Shown here in pieces: positions 45,359-54,121 of a stretch of DNA of 64,000 nt. The DNA is from an uncultured Luteolibacter sp. (GTDB taxonomy: Bacteria; Verrucomicrobiota; Verrucomicrobiia; Verrucomicrobiales; Akkermansiaceae), in contig CAZMUK010000001.1 of NCBI GenBank assembly GCA_964569415.1, positions 16,481 to 80,480 on the forward strand, given 5' to 3'. The notes beneath the pieces were generated by a model. It did no database searches. It saw nothing but the letters and a program-made list of their open reading frames with translations, and was not told the DNA's origin. The stretch's first letter is position 1; every line of letters starts with the position of its first letter. The position numbers and the translations under genes are program-made.

Positions 45359-46908
45359 CCCCCGAGCAGAAGATCATTCCCTTCGCCGATGCGGTGGAGC
45401 ATTTCGCTCGCCTCCGTGCGGAAGGCCGCAGGCTGGTGCAGTGCCACGGCACCTTCGATCTCGTCCATCCCGGCCACATCCTGCATCTGCAACAGGCGGC
45501 CTCCCTCGGTGATGCGCTGGTGGTCACTCTCACCGCGGCCTCCCATGTCAACAAAGGGCCCGGGCGCCCCTACTTCAACGATTCGCTGCGCGCCCTGAGC
45601 CTCGCGGCCCTGGCCTGCGTCGATTTCGTGGTGTTGATTCCCCATGCCGCCGCGGTCGAGGCGATCGAAACGGTGCGGCCGCATGTGTACTGCAAGGGAA
45701 CCGAGTACTCGGATGCCGCCAACGATGTGACCGGAAACATCCGCGACGATCTCAAGACGGTCGAACGCTGCGGCGGCAAGATGGTGTATCTCGGCGAAAC
45801 GCTCTCGAGTTCGACGCGTTTGCTCAACAGCCACTTCGAGACCGCCAATCCCGAGGTCGCCTCGTTCTGCGCAGAGGTTGCCGCGCATTTCCCGCCGCAG
45901 CAGTTCGCGGATGCGGTGAACGGCTTTTCCCGACTGCGTGTCCTTGTCGTGGGAGATACGATTTTCGACAGGTATTCCTTCGTCAAGGTCCAGGGGCTCA
46001 CCTCGAAGAACCGCATCATCTCCGGCCGCTATCTGCACGAGGAGACCCAGGCCGGTGGCGCGCTTGCGGTGTATCGTCACATCAAGCAGTTCACCCCGAA
46101 TGTGCGCTTCGTTTCGCTGCTCGGGACGGAGGCCTGGCTCGATCCGGTACTGCGGCCCTACCTTCCCGCCGAAGACGATGCGACGGTCCGCGATCAGGAA
46201 TTCGTTTCGATCATCAAGCAGCGCTATGTCGAACCGGTCAGCGAGGGCAAGGACCTGAGCAAGCTCTTCTCGGTGAACTTCATCAACTCCGATCCGCCGG
46301 AACAAGCGGCGATCGATCGCATCCTCGGCAAGTTGGAGGCGGAGATCGGACGGGCGGATCTCGTGGTCCTTGCCGACTTCGGCCACGGAATGATGCAGGA
46401 TGCGGTGCGCGATCTTCTGCAGGACAGCGGCGTGTTCCTGGCCCTGAACTGCCAGACCAATTCGAACAACCACGGCTTCAACATCATCTCGCGCCAGTAC
46501 CGCAGGGCGGATGTGTTCTCGCTCGACGAACAGGAAATGATGCTCTCCTGCGGGCAGCGCAAGGTCGACTTCGCCGCCGAACTGGCCAAGCTGCGCGATC
46601 ATCTGGGGGCCCGCGCCGGCTGGCTCACCCGTGGGGCGGTCAAGACCATCGGCGTGGATTCCTCGGGCAACGCCGCCGCCTGTCCGCCGCTCGGCGACGA
46701 TGTGACCGACACGGTGGGTGCCGGCGATGCATTCTTCAGTGTCGTCGCCCTTGCCGCGGTTGCCGGTCTGCCGGTCGATCTCGCCACCCTGATGGGACAA
46801 CTCGCCGGCGCTCAGGCCGTGAAGATCGTCGGCAACCGCGATCCGATCTCCAAGGCGGTGCTGCTCAAGGGCGGCATGTCGATGCTCAACCGGGAAAAGG
46901 CTGTTTGA
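45355..46908 (+). CDS. Bifunctional nucleotidyltransferase (N-terminal) / PfkB sugar kinase (C-terminal), HldE-like with reversed domain order
   Basis: HGTFDLVHPGH (HxGH), KGPGRP, then VLVVGDTIFD, DFGHG, DTVGAGDAF. Confidence 0.88.
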   Translation: MTPEQKIIPFADAVEHFARLRAEGRRLVQCHGTFDLVHPGHILHLQQAASLGDALVVTLTAASHVNKGPGRPYFNDSLRALSLAALACVDFVVLIPHAAAVEAIETVRPHVYCKGTEYSDAANDVTGNIRDDLKTVERCGGKMVYLGETLSSSTRLLNSHFETANPEVASFCAEVAAHFPPQQFADAVNGFSRLRVLVVGDTIFDRYSFVKVQGLTSKNRIISGRYLHEETQAGGALAVYRHIKQFTPNVRFVSLLGTEAWLDPVLRPYLPAEDDATVRDQEFVSIIKQRYVEPVSEGKDLSKLFSVNFINSDPPEQAAIDRILGKLEAEIGRADLVVLADFGHGMMQDAVRDLLQDSGVFLALNCQTNSNNHGFNIISRQYRRADVFSLDEQEMMLSCGQRKVDFAAELAKLRDHLGARAGWLTRGAVKTIGVDSSGNAAACPPLGDDVTDTVGAGDAFFSVVALAAVAGLPVDLATLMGQLAGAQAVKIVGNRDPISKAVLLKGGMSMLNREKAV

Positions 46909-46948
46909 AATCCGGTGGCAGCCTGTTGACGCCGCCTGCATCCTGGGC

Positions 46949-47785
46949 TTGCCGTCCTTGACGATTTCCTCCGTGGACAAGTTGCGCTCCATTGCCGCCG
47001 GACTGCGCCGTGATGTGATCGGCATGTCCCACCGCGCGCGGACGCCTCACCTCGGATCCTGCCTTTCGTGCATCGATCTGCTGGTCGCCTTGTATTGGGA
47101 TTTCCTGCACATCGATCCGCGCGATCCGACTTCGCCCGACCGCGATCGTTTCATCCTCAGCAAGGGCCATGCGGCCCCGGCGCTTTACTCCGTCCTATGT
47201 GCGCGCGGATTCTTTCCGCCCGTGCTGCTTGCGAACTACGCAAGCGACGGCGCCGCGCTTGCCGAGCAACCGGCGCCCGGCTGCGCCCCCGGCGTGGAAT
47301 GGGCCACCGGCTCGCTCGGGCACGGTCTTCCGGTTGGCGTCGGCATGGCGTTGGCTGCACGGATTGCGAAACGCGACTACCGCAGCGTTGTCATGCTCAG
47401 CGACGGGGAGTGCAACGAGGGCACCGTCTGGGAGGCGGCGATGTTCGCTGCCGCGCAACGGATCGGCTCGCTGACGGTGATCGTCGATTACAACAAGTGG
47501 CAAGCAACGGGACGCAGCGAGGAGGTGATGGCGCTCGCACCCTTGCGCGAAAAGTGGGAGGCTTTCGGGTGGGAAAGTTGCGAGGTGAACGGCCACGATT
47601 TTCCGGAGATCCGCGAGGCCCTCGCCCGTGCCGGGACGGCAGGCCGTTCCCGGCCCCTCGCCATCGTCGCCCACACCATCAAGGGCCGCGGCGTCTCGTT
47701 CATGGAGGACGACAACAACTGGCACTATCGCATTCCCAATGCGGAAGAACTGGCCAGCGCAGAAAAGGAACTCGCGCTGGAATGA
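46949..47785 (+). CDS. Transketolase, N-terminal (TPP-binding) subunit
   Basis: HLGSCLSCID, DRFILSKGHAA, TGSLGHGL, SDGECNEGTVWEA, HTIKGRGVSFME. TTG start is uncertain. Confidence 0.92.
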   Translation: MPSLTISSVDKLRSIAAGLRRDVIGMSHRARTPHLGSCLSCIDLLVALYWDFLHIDPRDPTSPDRDRFILSKGHAAPALYSVLCARGFFPPVLLANYASDGAALAEQPAPGCAPGVEWATGSLGHGLPVGVGMALAARIAKRDYRSVVMLSDGECNEGTVWEAAMFAAAQRIGSLTVIVDYNKWQATGRSEEVMALAPLREKWEAFGWESCEVNGHDFPEIREALARAGTAGRSRPLAIVAHTIKGRGVSFMEDDNNWHYRIPNAEELASAEKELALE

Positions 47786-48201
47786 TGAAGGAAGAAGGCA
47801 GAAGGCAAAATAGAAAAGCAGATCTTGCCGATAGAACAAAGCTCTATGCCCGGCGCATTATTCGGCTTGTGTCGGCTTTGCCGAAGTCGGTTGTTGCGCA
47901 AGTGTTGGGCAAACAGGTTCTGCGTAGCGGAACGTCGGTGGGCGCGAACTATCGCGAAGCATCACGAGCTAGAAGCAAAGCTGAGTTCATCGCAAAAATG
48001 GGCGATTGCCTGAAAGAACTTGGTGAATCTGAATACTGGCTCGAGCTACTTTCCGAAGAAAGCGTGGTTCCATCGGCCAAACTTGCTCCGCTGCTGCAAG
48101 AAACTCACGAGCTAACCGCGATATTTGTCACGAGTATCAAAACCGCCCGCGGAAGCTGACTGTGCATTCATCATTCTGCACTCTGACTTCTAACTTTTCC
48201 C
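47780..48201. mobile_element. Putative repeat-bounded four-helix-bundle cassette inserted between the transketolase subunits
   Basis: gaatgatgaa (47780-47789) and ttcatcattc (48167-48176) form a perfect 10-bp inverted repeat. Purine-rich short repeats lie on the left and pyrimidine-rich short repeats on the right. Confidence 0.55.
47782..48159 (+). CDS. Four helix bundle protein (TIGR02436-type)
   Basis: QVLRSGTSVGANYREA.RARSKAEFIAK...LKEL.ESEYWLELL...ELTAIFVTSIK. 125 aa; visibly more A/T-rich than its neighbours. Confidence 0.93.
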   Translation: MMKEEGRRQNRKADLADRTKLYARRIIRLVSALPKSVVAQVLGKQVLRSGTSVGANYREASRARSKAEFIAKMGDCLKELGESEYWLELLSEESVVPSAKLAPLLQETHELTAIFVTSIKTARGS

Positions 48202-49125
48202 ATGCGTAACGCCTTCGCAGACGAAATCACGAGTCTTGCGCGGGAACGCGGGGACATCGTGCTGCTCTCCGGCGACATCGGCAACCGGCTTTTCGATCGG
48301 TTCAAGGAGGTGGCTCCCGGTCGTTTCTTCAACTGCGGAGTCGCCGAGGCGAACATGGTCGGCCTGGCTGCGGGGATGGCGGCCAGCGGTCTGCGGCCCG
48401 TTTGCTACACCATTGCCTCTTTCCTCACCTACCGGGTGATCGAGCAGATCCGGCTGGATCTCGGATACCATCACCAGCCCGTCATCCTGGTCGGCACCGG
48501 TGCGGGCTTGTCCTATGCCTCGCTGGGATCGACGCACCACTCGGTGGAGGACATGGGAATGCTGCGCCTGATTCCCGGACTTGCCGTGCTGGCGCCCGGC
48601 GACGAAAAGGAACTGCGGCCGGCCCTGCGCGCGGCGCTGGATCATCCTGGCCCGGTGTACATTCGCATCGGAAAGAAGGGCGAACCGGTGGTTCACGAGC
48701 ACGAACCGGAAGTCACCATCGGAAAGGCCGTACGCCTGCGCGAAGGAAACGACGCATGGATTCTCACACTGGGGAACACGCTGCCGATGGCCATGGAGGC
48801 CGCCGGAAAGCTTGCGGGAGAAGGACTGAGCTGCGGTGTCGCCAGCATGATCTCCCTCAAGCCCCTCGACAACAGCCTTCTTGCCGAGGTGTTCGGCTCA
48901 TCGAAAGTCGTTGCCACGATCGAAGAGCACTCGGTCCTCGGCGGTCTGGGCACAGCCGTTTCCGAATGGCTCGCCGGTAATGCTTCATCGGCCAAGGCCA
49001 AGCTCCTCACCTTCGGAACACCCGACGAGTTTCTCCACGCCACCACCCACCAACCATCCGCCCGCGCGTGGGCCGGTTTGACTGCAGACATAGTTGCCGA
49101 ACGCATTCTTGCGCTAAGCCAGTAG
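48202..49125 (+). CDS. Transketolase, C-terminal (pyrimidine-binding/C) subunit
   Basis: MRNAFADEI, LLSGDIG, FNCGVAEANMVGLAAG, GSTHHSVED, YIRIGK, TIEEHSVLGGLG. Confidence 0.92.
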   Translation: MRNAFADEITSLARERGDIVLLSGDIGNRLFDRFKEVAPGRFFNCGVAEANMVGLAAGMAASGLRPVCYTIASFLTYRVIEQIRLDLGYHHQPVILVGTGAGLSYASLGSTHHSVEDMGMLRLIPGLAVLAPGDEKELRPALRAALDHPGPVYIRIGKKGEPVVHEHEPEVTIGKAVRLREGNDAWILTLGNTLPMAMEAAGKLAGEGLSCGVASMISLKPLDNSLLAEVFGSSKVVATIEEHSVLGGLGTAVSEWLAGNASSAKAKLLTFGTPDEFLHATTHQPSARAWAGLTADIVAERILALSQ

Positions 49126-49164
49126 CATTCTGCATTCATCATTCTAAATTCTTCATTTCACTTC
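49125..49164. repeat. ORF-less copy of the four-helix-bundle cassette right-end repeat filling a whole intergenic space
   Basis: tgcattcatcattct at 49131-49145 is identical to 48163-48177. Confidence 0.75.
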
Positions 49165-49833
49165 ATGTCCTACATCGACTTCATCGCTCCGATCCACAAG
49201 GCGACGAGTCGTGATTATCTCGCTCGCGTAAACGATCCCGAATTTCCCAAGGCGAGGGCCGCGGAGTTGGCGCTTCAGTGGGGCGTCGATTACTGGGATG
49301 GCGACCGCCGCACCGGATACGGCGGCATGAACTACGATGGCCGCTGGCGCAAGGTGGCGGATCTCATGGCCTCCCATTACGGTCTCAAGGCGGGCGACCG
49401 CGTGCTGGACATCGGATGCGGAAAGGGATTTTTGCTCCATGACCTGACCCAGGCGGTTCCCGGCATCGAGGTGACCGGACTCGAGATCAGCAACTATGCC
49501 ATCAAACACGCCAAACCCGAGGTGAGGGAACGCATCGTCCACGGCAATGCCGCGGTATTGCCGTTTGCGGACGGGGAATTCGATTTCGTGTACTCCATCA
49601 ATACCCTGCACAATCTTCCTTGCCCCGAACTCGACCGTGCCCTGCGCGAAATGATGCGGGTCGGCAGGGGACACCGGTATCTTTGCGTCGAAAGCTGGCG
49701 CAACGAGTCCGAGAAAGCGAACCTGCTTTACTGGCAACTCACCTGCCGCGCCTTCTTCGCGCCGGACGAATGGGAGTGGTGGTTCGAACGGACCGGCTAC
49801 ACCGGCGACCACAGCTTTATTTATTTCGAGTGA
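49165..49833 (+). CDS. Class I SAM-dependent methyltransferase
   Basis: RVLDIGCGKGFL, FDFVYSINTLHN, REMMRVG. Confidence 0.88.
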   Translation: MSYIDFIAPIHKATSRDYLARVNDPEFPKARAAELALQWGVDYWDGDRRTGYGGMNYDGRWRKVADLMASHYGLKAGDRVLDIGCGKGFLLHDLTQAVPGIEVTGLEISNYAIKHAKPEVRERIVHGNAAVLPFADGEFDFVYSINTLHNLPCPELDRALREMMRVGRGHRYLCVESWRNESEKANLLYWQLTCRAFFAPDEWEWWFERTGYTGDHSFIYFE

Positions 49834-49836
49834 CCT

Positions 49837-50519
49837 GAACCACGAATCACACGGATTCCACGGATTATTCAGGGAAAATCAAGACTGAGTGCACATTGGG
49901 AAAGACCTCACGAAATCGCGAGGCATCCGGTTAGGGGTAGAAATTCTTTCCTGAGTCTGTTCGGGTATCTGTGCGATTTGGCACTTCCAAGGTTCAATTT
50001 TTCCTATCGTTTCAAACAACTTCTTACCGGACCAATCCGTGAAGCGGTCCGATCCCGAGTCAATGGCTTCCATGAATCCTCCTGGAAAACCACTGGTTCA
50101 CGAAGAACTCAGCAAGCGGATCATCGGTGCGGCCATGGATGTTCTCAATGCACTCCGACCCGGGTTGGATGAAAAGGTCCATGAGAACGCCCTGGTTGTT
50201 GAGTTGCGTCTCCGCGGCCATCAGGTGGAGCAGCAGCGAGGGTTCCCCATCCGGTATAAGGGAAATTTGGTGGGAACGCTGATTCCGGATCTGATCGTTG
50301 ATGATCTCGTAATTGTGGATACCAAGGTCGTCTCCACCTTCAACGATGCCCATACCGCTCAAATGACTGGTTATTTGGCAATTACCGGCCTTCGATTTGC
50401 CATCCTGTTGAATTTCAAGTCTGCGAAACTCGAGTGGAAACGGGTCGTCCGCTGATAAACATGAGGTTTTGCACACGGCAACTCTTTTGAATCAGTGTCA
50501 TTTGTGTGATCCGTGGTTC
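49837..50519. mobile_element. GxxExxY cassette bounded by 30-bp imperfect terminal inverted repeats
   Basis: Left gaaccacgaatcacacggattccacggatt (49837-49866); the reverse complement of the right repeat (50490-50519) is gaaccacggatcacacaaatgacactgatt. 24 of 30 positions match. Confidence 0.7.
50072..50455 (+). CDS. GxxExxY protein (PD-(D/E)xK nuclease fold)
   Basis: IIGAAMDVLNALRPGLDEKVHENAL, YKGNLVG...PDLIVDDLVIVDTK, AQMTGYL..TG...ILLNF. Start at 50072 or 50063. Confidence 0.9.
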   Translation: MNPPGKPLVHEELSKRIIGAAMDVLNALRPGLDEKVHENALVVELRLRGHQVEQQRGFPIRYKGNLVGTLIPDLIVDDLVIVDTKVVSTFNDAHTAQMTGYLAITGLRFAILLNFKSAKLEWKRVVR

Positions 50520-50526
50520 GAAAACC

Positions 50527-51579
50527 ATGAAAACCCCAGCCGCCATTTTGGTCGAGCAGCGCAAACCGCTGGTGATCGACGAAGTCGAGGTTCCGGTGCT
50601 GCGGCGCGGACAGGTGCTTGTCGAGATCCACGCCACGCGTGTCTGCGGATCGCAGATCGGCGAGATCGACGGAGTCAAGGGTCCCGATCGCTATCTTCCC
50701 CACCTGCTCGGTCACGAGGCGGGCGGCATCGTACTCGAGGTCGGAACGGATGTGACCCATGTTGCGCCGGGTGACCGTGTGGTCTGCCACTGGCGTCCGG
50801 GAGCCGGCATCGATGCGGGAGGATCGGTGTACGATTGGCACGGCAAGCCGGTCAATGCGGGCCCAATCACCACCTTTCAACGACACGCCGTCATTTCCGA
50901 GAACCGACTTACCAAAGTTCCCGCCGATACCGATTTCGAATTGTGCTGCCTTCTCGCCGACACCCTGACGACCGGATTCGGGATCATAAACAATGACGCC
51001 AAGGTCAAAGCGGGGGAGTCGGTTGTCATTTTCGGGGTGGGAGGAATCGGTCTCGGCGTGGTGCTCGGAGCCAAGCTTGCGGGAGCGGACCCGGTCATCG
51101 GCATAGATCTTCATGAGCACAAATTGGCCAAAGCTGCCGAATACGGCCTGACGCATCAGATCAATGCCTCGCGCGAAAACGCTGCTGATCGGGTGAAGGA
51201 GATTCTTGGTGGATTGGCCGATGTCACGATTGATGGAACCGGGAATCCCGGTGTTATCGAAACGGCCTACGACCTGGCCAAGCTGCGCGGGGGGCGCTGC
51301 GTGTTGTTTGGCGTGATGCCCCACGACCAGCGCGTGAGCATCCACACCCTGCCGCTGCACTTCGGTCGAATCCTCACCGGATCGGAGGGCGGCCAAAGCC
51401 AACCGGATAAGGACATTCCGAAGATTCTCGGCACCCTGGCCGCGCAAGGGTTCGATTGGCGGGGACTCGTTTCTCATCGGTCCGTGATGCAGGCCGTCAA
51501 TGAAAACACCGCTGCAATGCGCGCCGGCTCGGTGGTGAATGCGGTGCTGCACATGCATCAGAGCCCCGCCGGGTCCTGA
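50527..51579 (+). CDS. Zinc-binding alcohol dehydrogenase (MDR) family protein
   Basis: VCGSQ, LLGHEAGG, GVGGIG. The structural four-Cys zinc loop appears absent. Confidence 0.88.
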   Translation: MKTPAAILVEQRKPLVIDEVEVPVLRRGQVLVEIHATRVCGSQIGEIDGVKGPDRYLPHLLGHEAGGIVLEVGTDVTHVAPGDRVVCHWRPGAGIDAGGSVYDWHGKPVNAGPITTFQRHAVISENRLTKVPADTDFELCCLLADTLTTGFGIINNDAKVKAGESVVIFGVGGIGLGVVLGAKLAGADPVIGIDLHEHKLAKAAEYGLTHQINASRENAADRVKEILGGLADVTIDGTGNPGVIETAYDLAKLRGGRCVLFGVMPHDQRVSIHTLPLHFGRILTGSEGGQSQPDKDIPKILGTLAAQGFDWRGLVSHRSVMQAVNENTAAMRAGSVVNAVLHMHQSPAGS

Positions 51580-51610
51580 TCGGAACAGGTTAGTCCGGGA
51601 AGAAAGCCAA

Positions 51611-53308
51611 ATGACCTCATTTATCTCGAAGGCCGGATGGCGCGGAGTCGCTTTGATCTTCTGTGTGGGTCTTCTGTCGCACGGCCTGCTTTTGTTCAAC
51701 GAAAATGTCGTTGGGGACGGATGGTGGGAGTTTTCGGATGTCGCGTGGTAAGGCGGCCCGACGGTGACGGCCCAGCACCTTGCCGAGGTGGGTCGGCCGC
51801 TGGATCTGGTTTACTACAAGCCGTTTTGTCTTGTCAGCGACTTCGCTTCGCGCGTGTGGCTGTCCAAGTTTTTCGGTTCCCTTGCCTGGATCGCCTCTGC
51901 GGTGATGATGGCGGGGGTTCTCGCACGGGGTGCACGGATTCCTCGCACGGTCGCGGTCGGGGTCGGCGCAAATGTTGCGGCTTGTCCGGTCTTCGTGCTG
52001 CTCGGGGAGTTCTCCTTGTGGATGTACACCTCCGCCGTTTTCCTCTTCTGGGTCGGATGGTCCATTCTGGTCTACCTTCCGCGCTTGCCGGTACGAAGTG
52101 CCTTGTTCCTGCGGCTTCCGGCCTTGGCCGTGTTCTTCCTCAGCTTCAATTTGAACTCGTTGCTCGTTCTTTTCTATTCGGTATGCATTCTCCTGATGCT
52201 GGTCCGTCTCCGCGGGATCGGTTTTCGCAGGTTTCCGGAACGGGCGCTTTCGCTTGCATTGCGAAAATGCGACTTCCTTTTGCTTCCGGTGTTATTCTGG
52301 ATCTGGAGATCGCTGTTTTGTCCGAAGTCGGGACCGTATGTCGGCTACAACACCCTCGATTTCGCGCCTGGCAAGTTGTGGGTTGGTGCCGGAGAGGCGT
52401 ACCGGCAGCTTCTCCTGCCCTGGGCCGAGGGGATCCTGGAACCCAGCGGCTGGATTTATGTTGCGGCTCTCGTCTGCCTGGTTTTCGGGTGGTTCCAGCG
52501 CCGCAGCAGGGCCAACGAAACGGTTTCCGCCAGGCCGCCGGTCGGGATGTTTTTTGCGGGTATCTTCCTTCTTCTGGCCGCGGTCTTCCCGTACCTTGCG
52601 GTGGGCCAGATCCCGTCGGCGGAAGGATGGTCCAGTCGCAACGCGATTCTCACGCCGCTTCCCCTTGCCTTGGCGCTGACCTCTTCATTCGTATTCCTGT
52701 CCCGCCGAATCTGGCCCGGATCGCCGAATGCGTGGCAACTTGTTGCCGCCGCATGGATCGTCCTCAGTACCGGCCAGTGTATCCGCAACTATCTTTCCTT
52801 GCAGGGTTTGGGGGCCAAGCACGAGACGATCTCGCGGCGGATCAACGAGATCATCGCGGGCGACCCCCCGGCATTGATTCAGCTCCGCGACTATTTCCGG
52901 CTCCCCGGCACAATCGACTCCTACCCTCCCGGCATCTGGACGCTTCTTCCCACCAAGGGATCAATCGACCCGAAGACCTTTGTGATCGAAACCGTCGCCT
53001 CCGCCCCGGATCAGGCGCGAAGCGATGATGCGGGCAGAGTCATGTACGAGCCGGTCTGGTTTGCCGTCTCCGGCAAGGGCTTGGCGGACGCGATTGAAGC
53101 CACGACGCTTGCTCACACCATGGAGGGAATCCCGAGGCAAGGCAGGCATGTGGGTCTCTTGGTCCGCCCGGTGCGGCAGGACGGAGATGCGGCGAAACTT
53201 GGCCTTGATTACCTTTGGACCAAATGGTTTGATCGTACCCAGATGAACAGGTTCCTTGCCAGCATTGCGACAAGTGAGTTCGGGGAACTTCCGCCTGTGA
53301 CGGAGTAA
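51611..53308 (+). pseudogene. Multi-pass membrane protein (GT-C/GtrII-like) interrupted by an in-frame TAA
   Basis: ATG at 51611 reads MTSF...GDGWWEFSDVAW, then TAA (51749-51751), then GGPTVTAQHLAEVGRP... continuing in the same frame to 53308 with about 10 hydrophobic segments. Confidence 0.65.
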
Positions 53309-53344
53309 GAGCCCGTTTTCCATACCGGAACCTCCATTTGACCC

Positions 53345-54121
53345 ATGAAAACCGTCATCCTTGCCGGCGGCCTCGGCTCGCGCTTGAGCGAGGAAACGAT
53401 GAACCGCCCCAAACCGCTCATCGAGATCGGCGGGCGACCGATTCTCTGGCACATCATGAAAATTTATTCGTCGTTCGGACTGAATGATTTTGTGATCTGT
53501 CTTGGTTACAAAGGCTATCTAATCAAGGAGTTTTTTGCGAATTATTTCCTGCACATGTCGGATGTGACGATCGATCTGGCAAGCAACAAGATCAATGTAC
53601 ATCGCAACGAATCGGAGCCTTGGAGGGTGACCCTTGTGGATACCGGAGAGGGGACGATGACGGGAGGCAGGATAAAACGGATCCGTCCCTATGTGGAGAA
53701 CGAGGACTTCTGCCTCACCTATGGCGATGGCGTAGCGGATGTGGATGTCTCTGCTCTCGTTGAGTTTCATCGCAAAGAGGGCGCCCATGCCTCCCTTACC
53801 GCCATGCAACCGCCGGGACGCTTCGGTGCTTTGAGCGTTTCGGGAAAGCGCGTCGTCCGGTTCCAGGAGAAGCCCACCGGAGACAACGCCTGGGTGAACG
53901 GTGGCTTTTTCGTGTGTTCTCCGAGGGTGTTCGATTACATCGACGGGGATGACAGCGTTTGGGAGCGAGAACCACTCGAACGCCTTTCGGCGGAAGGGCA
54001 GCTGGCGACGTTTTTCCACAGGGGTTTCTGGCAACCGGTCGACACGCTTCGTGACCGGAACCATCTTCAGGAGCTTTGGGACGGCGGTCAGGCGCCCTGG
54101 CAAGTCTGGAACAGAAAATGA
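53345..54121 (+). CDS. rfbF: Glucose-1-phosphate cytidylyltransferase
   Basis: MKTVILAGGLGSRLSEET..RPKPLIEIGG, VDTGEGTMTGGR, LTYGDGV, GFWQPVDTLRD. Confidence 0.95.
   Translation: MKTVILAGGLGSRLSEETMNRPKPLIEIGGRPILWHIMKIYSSFGLNDFVICLGYKGYLIKEFFANYFLHMSDVTIDLASNKINVHRNESEPWRVTLVDTGEGTMTGGRIKRIRPYVENEDFCLTYGDGVADVDVSALVEFHRKEGAHASLTAMQPPGRFGALSVSGKRVVRFQEKPTGDNAWVNGGFFVCSPRVFDYIDGDDSVWEREPLERLSAEGQLATFFHRGFWQPVDTLRDRNHLQELWDGGQAPWQVWNRK

Noticed and set aside
47782-48159. Diversity-generating retroelement or 23S rRNA intervening sequence, suggested by the four-helix-bundle gene
   Set aside because: No reverse transcriptase, no TR/VR pair and no rRNA sequence in the window.
49879-50073. 64-aa minus-strand ORF inside the GxxExxY cassette
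   Set aside because: No recognisable motif or support as a gene; left as unassigned cassette DNA.
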